Positions 44,135 to 56,107 are shown, counted from the stretch's first letter. The stretch is 64,000 bases of DNA from Bdellovibrionales bacterium (GCA_965262715.1 OZ253553.1:672001-736000); one strand, 5' to 3'. A program made the numbers and translations. Notes: generated by a model from the sequence alone, not told the origin.

Positions 44135-46531
44135 TTATGTTTTGTATATAGGTTCTATATATTTCCTTAATTCTGCTTTCCAATCATCTGAAGGACTAGG
44201 TTGCCATGCTTCTGGTTTTGAAAAATGTGGCATCAGTTTTTTTATCTTATTTAAAGTTGGGTGCTCAGGGGCAACTCCTCTATGAATATACATCATAGAG
44301 GACATGATAAAGTAATATCTTCCTATAAATAGGATAAACTCTTCTAAAATAACTTCTATTTCTTTTATTGTATGTACTTTAGGGTCATATTTTTCAGAAA
44401 AGCTTTTTATTTTACCTGCTAGGGTTATGATTTTTTCTTCAATAAACTCCTTAAAGTATTCAGTTAAGGTGTCAACTTGGATGTGCAACTGGTGTTCTTC
44501 AAGTTCATAAAAAAATTCTTTTAAGTTACTTTTAGATTTTGAAAGAACAATTAAGTTAAACAAGTTGAATAAAACATCTAGTCTTTCAGTCAATTTTTTT
44601 GAAGTCTCTGGAGGAGTTTCTTTGTTGAGTATTTTTTTAATGAGATATGAATGAGGTGTGATGAGGTATTGATTAAGGCAAGAAAGCCAAGGCTCTATTA
44701 AATGAAGAAGCGGACGATGTTCTTCCAAATGATTTTGAAATATCTTAAAACCTAGGCTGTATGAAGGTGTATCACTTTGTAGTTTAATTTCTCCTTTTTC
44801 CACCATCTCAGATCTTTTAATATCTTTATATATCTTCCAGTATTTGAAAATTTTCTGTTCTTGAAAGTTTTTTTCAAGTTTATCTTCAACATCGTAGGGG
44901 TTTGTTGAAGGTTTTATAAGAGGGACGATTCTATGAAAGCTAGAATTTTTTTGATCAAAAAGATAATAACCTAATCTTTCAAATTGGACAGGTTCTTTTT
45001 GAGGTTCTAAAATGGCACTTTGTTCAATTTTAGCTTCTGATATTGTAATAAGAGATTTTTTGTTCAAAAAACTTTTATGGTTTCCGCTTAAAAGCTCTTC
45101 ATTACCTTTCCACCAATAAAACAAATAGTCATAATGATGTGCTTGTATCTTATGAGATGTATTTTGACAGACCCAGTGGATAATAGGGGGTTTCTTTTTA
45201 GGTTCTAAACCTCTTTCTTGTGATGGAGGTTTTCCTCCTTTTGTCTCTTCATAATAAGAACATTCTACAACTCCATCTTTATTGATTTTATTATGTTTGA
45301 TAACATACCCATATTTTAAACGGACATGATCTCCTTCTTTATTGAATTTATTTTCAAAATCATTTTTTTCAATGAGGATGTCTTTGGAAAAAGGAATCTC
45401 TCTTTTACCAAGTTCTGGGTTTTTGGGGTGTTTTTTGGCTGTGAGCATTTCAGTTTTTTGATCATAATTGGTAATGGCGATTTTGACAGGATCCAATACA
45501 GCCAGAAGACGGGATGAAGTCACATCAAGCTCTTTTCGTGTAAGGTCTTCTAGGGTAGAGATACGTATTGTGGATTTATCTCTTGTAACGCCTATAAGAT
45601 CACATAGCTTACAAATGGCTGATTTAGGGTAGCCTCGATGTCGCATACCTTTTAATGTGGGTATACGTTGATCATCCCATCCTTTTACATCCTCATTTTT
45701 AACCATATCCAAGAGGTGACGTTTGCTTAAAATAGTATGGTCTAAATTTAGGCGATCAAATTCGAATTGTCTTGGAGGATTTGGAACTTCTAATTTTTCT
45801 AAAAACCAGTCATACAAAGGCCCATGGTCTGCGAATTCTAATGTACAAAGGGAATGTGTGATTTTCTCAATAGCATCTGATTGACCATGAGCAAAGTCAT
45901 AAGTCGGGTAAATGCTCCAAGTGTGACCTGTTCTGTGATGAGGAGCTTTTTTAATGATTCGATATAAGATAGGGTCGCGCAGGTTCATATTACCAGATGA
46001 CATATCTATCTTAGCGCGTAGAACCTTACTACCATCTTCAAATTTGCCATTTTTCATTTTTTCAAAGAGTTCTAGGTTTTCTTCAACACTTCTATTCTTA
46101 AAAGGGCTATTTTGGCCAGGGGTTGTAAAAGAGCCTCGCATTTTTTGAATATCTGAAGGACTGCTGTCATCGACAAAAGCCAAGTTTTTTTTAATCAAAA
46201 AAACAGCCCATTCATAAAGCTTTGGAAAATAATCAGAGGCATAGTAGAGGTGCTCTCCCCAATCAAAACCAAGCCATTTGATGTCTTCTTGAATAGCATT
46301 GAGGTACTCATCCTTAACTGTTTCAGGATTTGTATCATCAAACCGCAGATGACATTGTCCATTAAACTGTTTAGCCAGTCCAAAGTTTAAACAGATAGCT
46401 TTAGCATGGCCAATATGAAGGTAACCGTTAGGCTCTGGAGGAAAGCGTGTGACAACCTGAGGTGTCTTTCCTGAGGCGATGTCATCTTTAATGATTTTTT
46501 GAATAAAGTGATCTGGTTTTTCTTTATTCAT
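44135..46531 (-). CDS. glnS: Glutaminyl-tRNA synthetase with ~260-aa C-terminal extension
   Basis: TRFPPEPNGYLHIGHAK, YPTYDFAH, HSLCTLEF, LSKR, QFERLGY. Confidence 0.93.
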   Translation of the reverse strand: MNKEKPDHFIQKIIKDDIASGKTPQVVTRFPPEPNGYLHIGHAKAICLNFGLAKQFNGQCHLRFDDTNPETVKDEYLNAIQEDIKWLGFDWGEHLYYASDYFPKLYEWAVFLIKKNLAFVDDSSPSDIQKMRGSFTTPGQNSPFKNRSVEENLELFEKMKNGKFEDGSKVLRAKIDMSSGNMNLRDPILYRIIKKAPHHRTGHTWSIYPTYDFAHGQSDAIEKITHSLCTLEFADHGPLYDWFLEKLEVPNPPRQFEFDRLNLDHTILSKRHLLDMVKNEDVKGWDDQRIPTLKGMRHRGYPKSAICKLCDLIGVTRDKSTIRISTLEDLTRKELDVTSSRLLAVLDPVKIAITNYDQKTEMLTAKKHPKNPELGKREIPFSKDILIEKNDFENKFNKEGDHVRLKYGYVIKHNKINKDGVVECSYYEETKGGKPPSQERGLEPKKKPPIIHWVCQNTSHKIQAHHYDYLFYWWKGNEELLSGNHKSFLNKKSLITISEAKIEQSAILEPQKEPVQFERLGYYLFDQKNSSFHRIVPLIKPSTNPYDVEDKLEKNFQEQKIFKYWKIYKDIKRSEMVEKGEIKLQSDTPSYSLGFKIFQNHLEEHRPLLHLIEPWLSCLNQYLITPHSYLIKKILNKETPPETSKKLTERLDVLFNLFNLIVLSKSKSNLKEFFYELEEHQLHIQVDTLTEYFKEFIEEKIITLAGKIKSFSEKYDPKVHTIKEIEVILEEFILFIGRYYFIMSSMMYIHRGVAPEHPTLNKIKKLMPHFSKPEAWQPSPSDDWKAELRKYIEPIYKT

Positions 46532-46555
46532 TTTTAATGGACCTAATTTTTTATA

Positions 46556-46630
46556 TGGCGACCCCTACGGGACTCGAACCCGTGTCCTCACCGTGAAAGG
46601 GTGATATCCTAACCACTAGACGAAGGGGTC
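46556..46630 (-). tRNA. tRNA-Glu(TTC)
   Basis: TCACC-CTTTCAC-GGTGA anticodon arm, GGTTCGAGTCC, encoded CCA. Confidence 0.96.
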
Positions 46631-46648
46631 TATTTTAATTTAAAAACT

Positions 46649-46888
46649 GTGGTAAGCGCTAAATCTTTACATGCAGAAAATGCGCTCAATCCACAGTTTG
46701 CAGCGAAATCATATATTTATATGACTTCTTTACCTATTTCTGAAGATATATTCAAACAGCAATACTTCAAAAACTACCTCTCAATAGGAGAAATTGCAAA
46801 GGAATTTTCATACTCAAAAACTAAAGTCAGAAATTTACTTCTAAAATGCAATATTCAATTAAGAAAAACTTCAAAACATCATCGTTAA
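46649..46888 (+). pseudogene. HTH fragment, probably a mobile-element remnant next to the tRNA
   Basis: QQY....LSIGEIAKEFSYSKTKVRNLL...I.LR helix-turn-helix pattern. Confidence 0.45.
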
Positions 46889-46896
46889 AAATAGTC

Positions 46897-46943
46897 AGGC
46901 TTGCCTCGAGAGGCTTGCCTTGAGAGGCTTGCCTTGAGAGGCT
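46897..46943. repeat. 14-bp tandem repeat AGGCTTGCCT(C/T)GAG x3
   Basis: Directly visible; related units near 27618, 40232 and 41350. Confidence 0.85.
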
Positions 46944-47283
46944 GGTCTATTTTTAGGGAAACTGATGGGTATTGTCGCAACGCACTTGAACTCTTTGAAG
47001 TGGATTAATTTTTGTTGTCAAAGCAAAGAATTTTAAAATTATGAATTATTTCGATAACTTATAACTATAAAAATCTTTTATGTATAAGTTTAAGAAGAAA
47101 AAACTTAAATAAGTCCTTGTTAATGGCTAAAGTTAGATTTTATAAAAGAAGTTAAGCTTTGGCTTTAAAGGGTTTAAGAAATTAGTTTTGCTTTAAAAAG
47201 CATAAGATATAAACAAGGGGTGATTTTTTGAAAGGATAGATTAGAAAAGACATTCAAGATACTTTAAAAAGAGGTATAGAAGG

Positions 47284-49500
47284 ATGAAGTTAATGATGAA
47301 CCTCAATCCAATCAAAATATATTTTCCGATTATCTTACTGACTTGTTATTTTATTATAATGACAAATTATGCATATTCTGAACAAGAGCAGGAACAAGCG
47401 CAAAATAATAATTTATACACAGAGATCCTTTTAGGGGATGAACAACTTCCTTTTATTTTATTAGGAAGAGAAGCTTTATCTAGCAATGATATTTTAGAAT
47501 GCTCTGCCAATCATAATCAAGACACTCATAGTATTTTGCAGGGGATTATTGAAATTGAAAATAATCCAGAGCAAATATCTACTACAAATGATGATAAATC
47601 AGAACAAGAACCTACAACAAGGTCATTTGATAATCTGTTATTAGGATTTCCATTTACAGCTTTAAATAAGCCTCTTTTAATTGGAGCTTCTTTGACTAAA
47701 TTTTCAGATCAGGATAATGCACATTACCAAACAAAACATTACAAAGATATATTTAGAGATCATAGATTTGCATTTTTAAATGCAAAAGAGATACAGGCTC
47801 ATCTTGCAGGCTCTGATGACGGCGGTTGTTTTTTGAACTTAGTTTTGTGTGATAACAGAGATGACTGCAAAGATAAAAATGATCAACTTGTATTTTATGC
47901 ACAGATACCTGTTCTTGGTATTTCTCAAAAACATCAAGCTGTGATTATTGATCCGGCTTTTCTAGGAAACTCTTTAAGTGATATAATAGATCTATTCAGA
48001 CCAAATAATAACTCTAGGTCAATGCGACAAGAAACTTTAATTCCTACGAAGGATCATCGATCATCTGTTGTAGATTTTTCTCAGTCAACCTTAATTTTTG
48101 ATGTGGTTTCAACACTTGATTGGGAGGAGCCTCCTCCTTTTGCTGAAATGACTTCACGTTGGTTTATAAGACCAGGATTAGATCAAGAGGATTTTATAAA
48201 TAGACCTCCTACTCAAAGGGTAGAATATTTCGTTGTAGATTCTTTTTTGCAGAATAAACCTGTTATTGTCACCAGAAATATCTCAAGAGATAAACCTGTG
48301 AAGTATTATGTTAAGAATATGCCTGAGGAATATCAAGATGCTGTTCGAGAAGGTTTTGAACATTGGAATTCTATTTCCATTAATTTGATGGGTTATCCTA
48401 TTGTTTCCTATACATTTATTCAAGGTGATTATGATGGTTAACAGGAAATTGTAACAGGAGATATAAGGTACAATGTTATAGAATGGGATTTTCAAGATAA
48501 ATATTCATACAATGGGAAATCTTTTTCTTTTTTTGATGAAAATGCAGGAAGACTTTTGTCAACTAATATCTTTCTACAAGGACCTAGGTTAATAGAGAAA
48601 TATTCAAGATGGTTTCAATATAGCGAGACAATCAGAGCGGGTGAAATTATTATAGATGATAATTTACCAGAGGCTTTAGAAAATGATGATTTAATCTCTT
48701 CAATTCTTATTCCTAATTTTCCACCTCACTTACAGGTTTTAACACTAGCGCCTCAAACAGAAACTTTTGAAAGTTATATGCAGGGTCTTATAAGAACATT
48801 GATTGCTCATGAAGTAGGACATAGCTTAGGTTTAAATCATTATTTAGGAGGGAATATTTTTGCGCAAGGTGAATATGCCAGCCATTCTGCCATGGATGAT
48901 CTTTCATTTCATACAAATCATAAACCATTTTCACAAGCTTATGATGAGAGGGCATTTGCTTATGGTTACTTAGATAGATTACCTGATAGCCAAGATATAC
49001 CTTGTCCTTTATATAATCCTTCAGATAATCAAGATCAATCTCCAGAATGCTCTCAAGATGATGAAACAGCCTTTCCACTTGAAAACTTCGCTATAAGATT
49101 AAGAGAGGTTCTTGATTTATTAACGAGTAGAAGGGATGACCAATCTTTTCCTTATCTTATGTGGAATCGTCAAGTTAATGAATACTTTTTAAGACTGACT
49201 TTTGGTCTCTTAGCTTATTATTCTTCTGCTGATACTCATTATGATAATCTTCAAAGTGTTTTAATAGAAGGTCGAAAGCCAGAAAATCCTCAAGAGGTAA
49301 AAGAGCTAGTTATGGATTATGTTTATCCCCTTGCTTGTGATACAAACTTAAACAGTCTTCTTCGAGAATACATTGGAAGCAATCCAGATGATAGTATTTT
49401 TGATGAGGCTCTTCAATTCAACGGTTATGCTTTTTTACACAGCCTACGAAGCGCAATTTTTAATGAGACAGATATAAAAATAATTTCATGTATTAACTAG
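47284..49500 (+). pseudogene. Secreted metzincin (EcxA/DUF4953-like) split by an in-frame TAA at 48439-48441
   Basis: Both ORFs share a frame; read-through gives QEIVTGDIRYNVIEWD, then HEVGHSLGLNH and Met-turn SAMD. Confidence 0.85.
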
Positions 49501-49863
49501 GGCTATCAATTATTTTTCAGGAGATTTAACAGTTCAACAAATAGCCTATTTCTCCAGTGTTGAGTAGAAATTGTATTAACAGAGTCTTAAAAAAAATAAG
49601 ATTAGAGTTAGTTGATAATCTATTTACCATTTAAAAAAACTAGAAGCCATCTCAAAAATAAAATTTCATAGTATTTCAAAGATGAATTGATATACAGTCT
49701 TTTTTCTCAAAGGGCTTTATTGAAGTAGACCTATTTGGTCATAGGATTGGTAGTAATAAAACAAGCTGATAAGTCAAGAAAGTCCTTAAACTCAAATTAA
49801 AAGAATTTTGTTAAGATAAATATTTATGCCTTACTTTTATAAGGGTAATTTCTAAAAGGTGTT

Positions 49864-50940
49864 TTATCTGTGGAGTGAAGTCAGAGAATCAGCGCAAGAA
49901 TTAAATTGACGTCGTAAAAAGTTATATACAGTCGCAGTTAACTGTCTTCTATTAAAACCTGTACTAGCTTGCAAAGCCATTACTCTTCTTATTTGTCCTT
50001 GAGAAGAAGCTAGATCTAATGGTTTATTGCCGTTTTTATTTACTGCATCAAGATCTGCTCCTGCTCTTATTAGAGCTCTTATCGTTGATGCGTTACTATA
50101 CGGAGAGCCTGCTGCTACATGTAGAGGTGTATTACCATTAATTGGATTTCTTGTATTGACATCTGCTCCTTTATCTATCAAAAGCCTTACAGTTTTTACT
50201 CCTCCAAGAGCAGCAGCTATATGCAAAGGTTTATCGCCGTCTTTATTTACTGCTTCGAGGTCTGCTCCTGCATCTATTAGGGCTATTATTATTTCTTTTC
50301 GTTTTTTAAAAGGAGGAGGCTGTAATCGATAATCAAGTAGCTGTTGTGTGCTATAATTGTACTGAGATCTTGCTGCTATATGTAGAGGTGTATCATCAGC
50401 ATTATTTGTTGTATTGACATCTGCCTTTTTATCTATCAAAAGTCTTATAGCTTCTACTCGTCCATAAATAACAGCTATATGCAAAAGCTTATCACCTCTG
50501 TATTCATTTTCTACTTTCTCGAGATCTGCTCCTGCATCTATTAAAACTTTTACTATTTCTGAATACCCATTCACAACAGCCGCAAATAATGGTCTATTTT
50601 CCTTTCCATTAGGATTTACTTCTAATGCTATTAAAGCTCTTACTGTTTTTACAGCTCCATATTCAGAAGCTATACCTAATAATTCTTCACCATCTACATC
50701 TGAGTTTAATAAACGTCCCACCTCATTAGCAAGTAGTTCATCAATGATAGAGATGATAAAGGTATCTGGAGCCGAGCTGAGTAAACGGTTCAGTTCAGTT
50801 ATATTATTCTTGTTAATAGCATTAATAAAATCTTGTATAGAAGCTATACTATACGAGCCTATGATGACAGATAAAATAAGAATTACCGCTTTTAAATGAT
50901 TTATCATCTTTTTTTTTATAAATAAGAGAATAGCCTTCAT
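49864..50940 (-). CDS. Secreted ankyrin-repeat protein
   Basis: Several TPLH.AA / LI.AGAD.. repeats; signal peptide. Confidence 0.93.
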   Translation of the reverse strand: MKAILLFIKKKMINHLKAVILILSVIIGSYSIASIQDFINAINKNNITELNRLLSSAPDTFIISIIDELLANEVGRLLNSDVDGEELLGIASEYGAVKTVRALIALEVNPNGKENRPLFAAVVNGYSEIVKVLIDAGADLEKVENEYRGDKLLHIAVIYGRVEAIRLLIDKKADVNTTNNADDTPLHIAARSQYNYSTQQLLDYRLQPPPFKKRKEIIIALIDAGADLEAVNKDGDKPLHIAAALGGVKTVRLLIDKGADVNTRNPINGNTPLHVAAGSPYSNASTIRALIRAGADLDAVNKNGNKPLDLASSQGQIRRVMALQASTGFNRRQLTATVYNFLRRQFNSCADSLTSLHR

Positions 50941-51034
50941 ATTTTAATATTCCATATTTTAATATGGTGAGTAGTACTAGCATAAACTTAAAAATGTCAA
51001 TGAAGAATCAAGGCTTTGTAAATATTACAGGCTT

Positions 51035-51064
51035 CCTGAGTTTAGCAGTTGAAAAAATAAGGTG
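51035..51064. repeat. Isolated IS1634 end relic
   Basis: CCTGAGTTTAGCAGTTGAAAAAATAAGGTG resembles the reverse complement of 23891-23921. Confidence 0.55.
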
Positions 51065-51399
51065 ACAAAACATTAAAATCATTAATTTTATAAGCTTTTT
51101 AAGCTAAGTGTTTATTATGAAATGATGAAGTGAACTTATACTTTAAAAAGGGTTAAAACAGTTTAAAGAAGGTTAAAAAAGGTGTATAAGGCTTTATTAA
51201 AAATAGACAATGATTTTAATGACTTATAAAATATTTCATCATGAATATCTATAAAGTTTAAGAAGATAGAGTAAAAAGTTTGCCACATACAAACTCGCTG
51301 GAGGTTACAGGATGCGTGTTTTCAGTTAGTTTTTTACTTAAACTTAAACATATTATGTAAACTCAAATCATAAGCGCGATATTTTGGATTTATAGATAG

Positions 51400-51459
51400 C
51401 GTAACTTCAAATCGCAAGTGCAACTCTTTTGTGTTTATAGATATTTTTAAAAGTTGTAT
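51400..51459. repeat. Isolated IS30 end copy
   Basis: Matches 42472-42530; a degenerate inverted copy lies at ~56700-56772. Confidence 0.8.
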
Positions 51460-51517
51460 TCGGGGTTTATTTTCATTATCATGATAGGGTCTTTGATAAA
51501 AATTCTAGAGGATTATT

Positions 51518-52477
51518 ATGAGAAATTTAAAATTAAGTATTGTGGCAGTGATTTTAGGTTTTATTATTACAGGGTGTAATTCAAATAGAGAGCAACCAGC
51601 TTTATCTGGAAATTGGAGTGCAGATGTAAGCAATGATGCTTTTATAGAATTTATAAATCAGCTTGATAGAGCTGCTAATGTTAATAATGAAGAAGAATTT
51701 TTTTTTGACGATGTCAACAGTGAAGTTAATGTAGAGGGCACAAACCGTATACTTTTGGTTCCTAACAAATATCTCAACATGAGTTCTGCGAGTCTACCTG
51801 AAACCTTAGCTATTCAATGGTTTTCTCGAAGACAAAATGATAGCAGTAAGAATTCTTTTATATCTTCATTGATTCGATGGATTACTTGGAAAAGAAACAC
51901 TGATAATGATATCCTTTTTGAAGGTAGGGATATTCATGTAGAAAGATCTTTAATTGCTGATATTAAGGCAGCAATTGCATCTCAATCTAACGAGATAACA
52001 CAATCGGTTTTAGATGCGAAGACGACTTCTGAAAACTTTTCTTTCACATTTACATTTCATCATTTTGACAATGGCTACTGGAAGTCGCCAATAGAGGAAG
52101 ATGGCGATAAATTTGATGAACGGAGGGTTGTTAAACTTCGAGGAGGAAAAGGTGAGTATTTATTTAGCCTTAAAAGTAATTTGAATGCTGGAGCAGAGCT
52201 TCCAGATAGAGTTCAAGTTATACAGGCTAGTATTAAAACTTTATCTGATAGATTTCAGGCAGCTTTATCTTTGCGAAAAACCCTAAGGTCTATTAGAGGT
52301 CTACCTGATAAATCAGAGGTTTATGCTGAACTTCTTATGGTCCCTAAATCTGTGATTGCAGAGATGAAAGGACCTCTTCTTCGTCGCATGGGAGGATTGA
52401 AGAGGGACGATAACGAATGGTTTTCTTTAGTTTCTATACATATTGCTCTTGAAATGTCTTCAACAGAGGTCAAATAG
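51518..52477 (+). CDS. Hypothetical lipoprotein
   Basis: Lipobox ITGC, SD AGAGG upstream. Confidence 0.75.
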   Translation: MRNLKLSIVAVILGFIITGCNSNREQPALSGNWSADVSNDAFIEFINQLDRAANVNNEEEFFFDDVNSEVNVEGTNRILLVPNKYLNMSSASLPETLAIQWFSRRQNDSSKNSFISSLIRWITWKRNTDNDILFEGRDIHVERSLIADIKAAIASQSNEITQSVLDAKTTSENFSFTFTFHHFDNGYWKSPIEEDGDKFDERRVVKLRGGKGEYLFSLKSNLNAGAELPDRVQVIQASIKTLSDRFQAALSLRKTLRSIRGLPDKSEVYAELLMVPKSVIAEMKGPLLRRMGGLKRDDNEWFSLVSIHIALEMSSTEVK

Positions 52478-52586
52478 GTCATTATTTTGACCTTCGAAAA
52501 GAGGTAACTGGGGTTTGGATATTGGAATATATTAAACTATATTTTATATAATTTATAGAGATCAGCTCTAAGTTGGCCCACTCTTT

Positions 52587-54673
52587 TTATTCATCTTTAT
52601 CCTTTTTCTCTTCTTCTTCACTATCAATAAAGTGGTGTCCGCCAAGTAGGTATAGGCCATTACCAAGTATATTTTTTAAAAACATTAATGAAAAATTTAC
52701 TGTTTTCTCTCCAATAAGAGATGCTTTCTTTTCCAACCAATTAGAAAAAGGATCAACCATATAGAGAAGTGCAACCCTAGTTGTTGTTAAGCTAATAAGC
52801 GAGCTAAATGTCACTTCAAAAAATGCAAGTCTATAATTTATATCATTAAAATCTTTGTTGTTTATTATATTCAAAATAACTTGTGTGCTTAACGAAATGC
52901 CAAATACAATTCTTGCTGTGCTTTGCATAACTTTTATATGTTCCATGGAGAAGAAGTTCCATTTACCTAGAGATTTGAATACAAATACGAATTCTGATAT
53001 AAAGGTGGTGGTAAATAAAAGCACGAATTCCTGATCCCACATTTCATGACATTCTCGTATATCCCACATTTCATCACATCTTTGGAAACGTTCGATAGTG
53101 TAAAGAGCAACTAAAGAAGCCATTGCTGCTGGAAGTGCTTTGATATCGAATATTTTTTCTTTTACTTCCGCTAAAATCTGCTGGGTACTTAATTTAGTAT
53201 TAGAAAATGACCTTATAGTTTTTGATAAATGATTTATACTAAGTGGCGGTGATTTTGTCGAACACATTAAAGCTGCAGCTCCAACTGATAATAAAAACTC
53301 TGAAAGACCAGGGTTGTTGTATAGATCATATTGCAAGTAACTATTTAAACCAAAGGTCGCGCCTTTTAAGAGTGCTTGTTTGAAGGACATCTTGTTTAGA
53401 ATATCTAGAATTGAAAACAAAGCAGCTATTGGTATGGCCACCAATGCACCTGTCCGGCATATTAAAAGCTTGCCAGCATCTATAGCTATATTACTTGAGA
53501 GATGAATGTTTGACTGATTGATCCATTCATCATAAGCAGTTAAAGCATTATTATCTTGTACATCCTTCAAGTGGTTTAAAGTTTGTTGTTGAATCACATC
53601 ATGAACAAATAAAGCTTTTATATCACCTCTGTAACGATTGACTCTATGTGGAATTTTTTTAAGTAACTGTGTGGCAGCTTGAGTGAGAAGAGGTTGTATC
53701 TCTGTATAAATATGATCTTCTGCACTTCTTATCTCTATTGAATTATCATGGAGTTGAGAGTTTATTAATGAGGAGTGATTTGTATATATCGTCATTATGA
53801 GGTCTTTTAAAGGTGAAGGATTTTTTCTATGATCTAAAACCTGTTCAAAGAGAATCATTGTCCATGGTTGCTTTGCAAAGATTTGGTTCTTGTCTTGCAT
53901 AATTTGTTTTATTTGTTGTGATAAAAACTGGAGAGTCTCATCATCCTCTGCTTCTGATATCTCTTCTTTGATTGTTTTTTCTCTTTGTTCAATCAAAGAA
54001 AATTCTATAGCAGTAGCTATCAATATGGCTGTCATTATTTGTCTTGTATCAGAAGAGCTTTGATTTAAAACTTGTTGTAAATAGTTATGATATCGTATGA
54101 CTCCTCTGTAGGGGCTGAGGTATTCCACTCCTTTTCTATAAAGATTTGGATGTATAATTTCAGAAGATATACGTTCAAAACTTGTATGTCCTGAGATGAG
54201 CGCTAAGTAAAATTCTGTCTCCATAATATTCACAAGCGCTTCTCTAAAAAAAGACAATTCCAATCTCTTATAAGGATCATTAGGATGAATAGATTTGATC
54301 ACCTGATAGTCTAAAAGAAAAATTTCTTTTAGAAAAACAGACTTCTGTTCTTCTCCAACTACAGTTATAGATTCTTCAGATCCAAGCTGTGGAGGAGCTT
54401 GTCTCTCAAGAGGGTTGCCAAGTGTCTTGACTTCAGGATTGCTTATTAGCCCTTCCATGAAGTCTTTAGACTCTAAGATATCTTCTTCAGAGGCATTGGT
54501 TACATCTGGATTTAGGCCAGTTGGTACATCTTCCTTTAAAATTGGTGATCTAGTTATTGAAGGATGAGGAGCTTGACAGGACGTATTAAGCACCAGATCG
54601 AAATATAAAGAACCATATACGCAACGGATTGAGTATTTAAATTTGATGTCATATATACTGCTTTCATGCTCAT
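52587..54673 (-). CDS. Large hypothetical lipoprotein/membrane protein, probable 1-bp frameshift in the signal peptide
   Basis: Strong SD GAGGAGGT before ATG 54673, which is out of frame with ORF 52587-54593; adding one A gives ...WCLITSC lipobox; hydrophobic C-terminal half. Confidence 0.6.
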
Positions 54674-55120
54674 TTTAACCTCCTCAAAATCATTTTATTA
54701 TTTGATTTCTGGATTCATATAAATGAAACAGAATGTTCATTTCATAAAATAAAAAATGTAAAAAAATAAATTGAAAAACTAAAGATTACGCCAGCGTTGG
54801 CTGCGCTCATACGATAGAAAGGCAGAGCGGTGTTTGATTTTATTCCTAAGAAATTTAATATTTTTAGAAAAAACCATAATTGCAGATCCTTTATTGTTCT
54901 TAATAAGAGCTTTTTTTAAAACTCTAATCTACATATAGAGTATGTTTAATATAAAAAATTCCAAAAGTCAATAAAAGAATCGAAGATTAATTGGAGGAAT
55001 GTTTTTTTACTTGTTTTACAAAAATTATAAGATTAATTGTCGTTTAAAAAGCAAGTTAAAGGCAGATTACTAATCGTAAAAATTAACTTCTTAAAGTGTC
55101 ATGAACTGTGAAGTAAATAT

Positions 55121-56107
55121 CTACCTATTTTGACAAGCTTTTATTAAACCTTCTTGAATTTCTTTTTTGTGCCAAATTCCTAATAAAACAAGACCGTGAC
55201 CTGATGAATTCAATATAGACGCTAAAATATGTTGATCCCGTCTTATAAAAGCAGAAAGAATGTGATTGATTGTGTCTATATAAGCTCTTATATGTGTTTG
55301 AACTTCTGTATTTGTAATCTCAAATTTGTTAAAAAAGGCTTTAACATCATCATCAGAAATAGGTTGTTGGTCATTGACTATAGTTGCTATCCCTATAGCT
55401 ATTATTTCTTCAACTTGATGTCTTGTCATCAGGCCTCTATTTAAAAGATCTAAAAAAACATTTTCTAATAAATGTTTTTCTTCTTGCAGTCTGTTTTTAA
55501 ATTCTATTTTCAAATTTTCATTTTCAAGAGGAATTTGTTCAATTTCATGACAAGCTTTTTGATAAGTTCCACAAGCAAGGGTACTTGCAGGAAATAAAAG
55601 AGTAAGTATTTGATCTGTTTTGTTTATATTCCACCTCATAGAAAGTGTATCTAAATTTGTAAAAAATGATTGATCAAGTCTTAATTGTCTATAGCTTTCA
55701 ACTTGATAATCAAAAAAAGATTCCATCTCTTCTGGTGAAGATTCTAAGCCTATCCAGCTGAGTTGTTCAGATCTGATTAAGTGTGTTATTTGTTGAACAT
55801 CGTTTTGTTCACTTTGAATTATGTCTCTATTTTGTGTAATAATTACATCGAGTCTTCTTATTTTGTTTTCTACACTTCCTCCAGTTGTGATGATAGGTAT
55901 AATATCATCAGCTTGATCTCTTAGATGTCTAGTAAAAAGAGTATATATGCGATGATGACCCATATCGACTTGCTCAATATCACCAAAATAAGGACTAAAA
56001 ACACAATTTGCCTGATAATTAGACAATGTTTGTGCAGAGGCTCCTGTCATCATTGTTACAATAATCCAGAAGAATAACAGAAACAGAATAGGTTGAAACA
56101 TTTTCAT
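55121..56107 (-). CDS. Hypothetical secreted protein
   Basis: Signal peptide ..ASA|Q; H, WIGLE, RD and G..H pattern reminiscent of the TraB/Tiki/ChaN superfamily. Confidence 0.65.
   Translation of the reverse strand: MKMFQPILFLLFFWIIVTMMTGASAQTLSNYQANCVFSPYFGDIEQVDMGHHRIYTLFTRHLRDQADDIIPIITTGGSVENKIRRLDVIITQNRDIIQSEQNDVQQITHLIRSEQLSWIGLESSPEEMESFFDYQVESYRQLRLDQSFFTNLDTLSMRWNINKTDQILTLLFPASTLACGTYQKACHEIEQIPLENENLKIEFKNRLQEEKHLLENVFLDLLNRGLMTRHQVEEIIAIGIATIVNDQQPISDDDVKAFFNKFEITNTEVQTHIRAYIDTINHILSAFIRRDQHILASILNSSGHGLVLLGIWHKKEIQEGLIKACQNR

Noticed and set aside
46897..46943. Possible mini CRISPR array or iteron set
   Set aside because: 14-bp head-to-tail repeats with no spacers and no rep or cas gene nearby
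48439..48441. Stop-codon reassignment or selenocysteine
   Set aside because: The codon is TAA, used as a normal stop throughout the window; single occurrence
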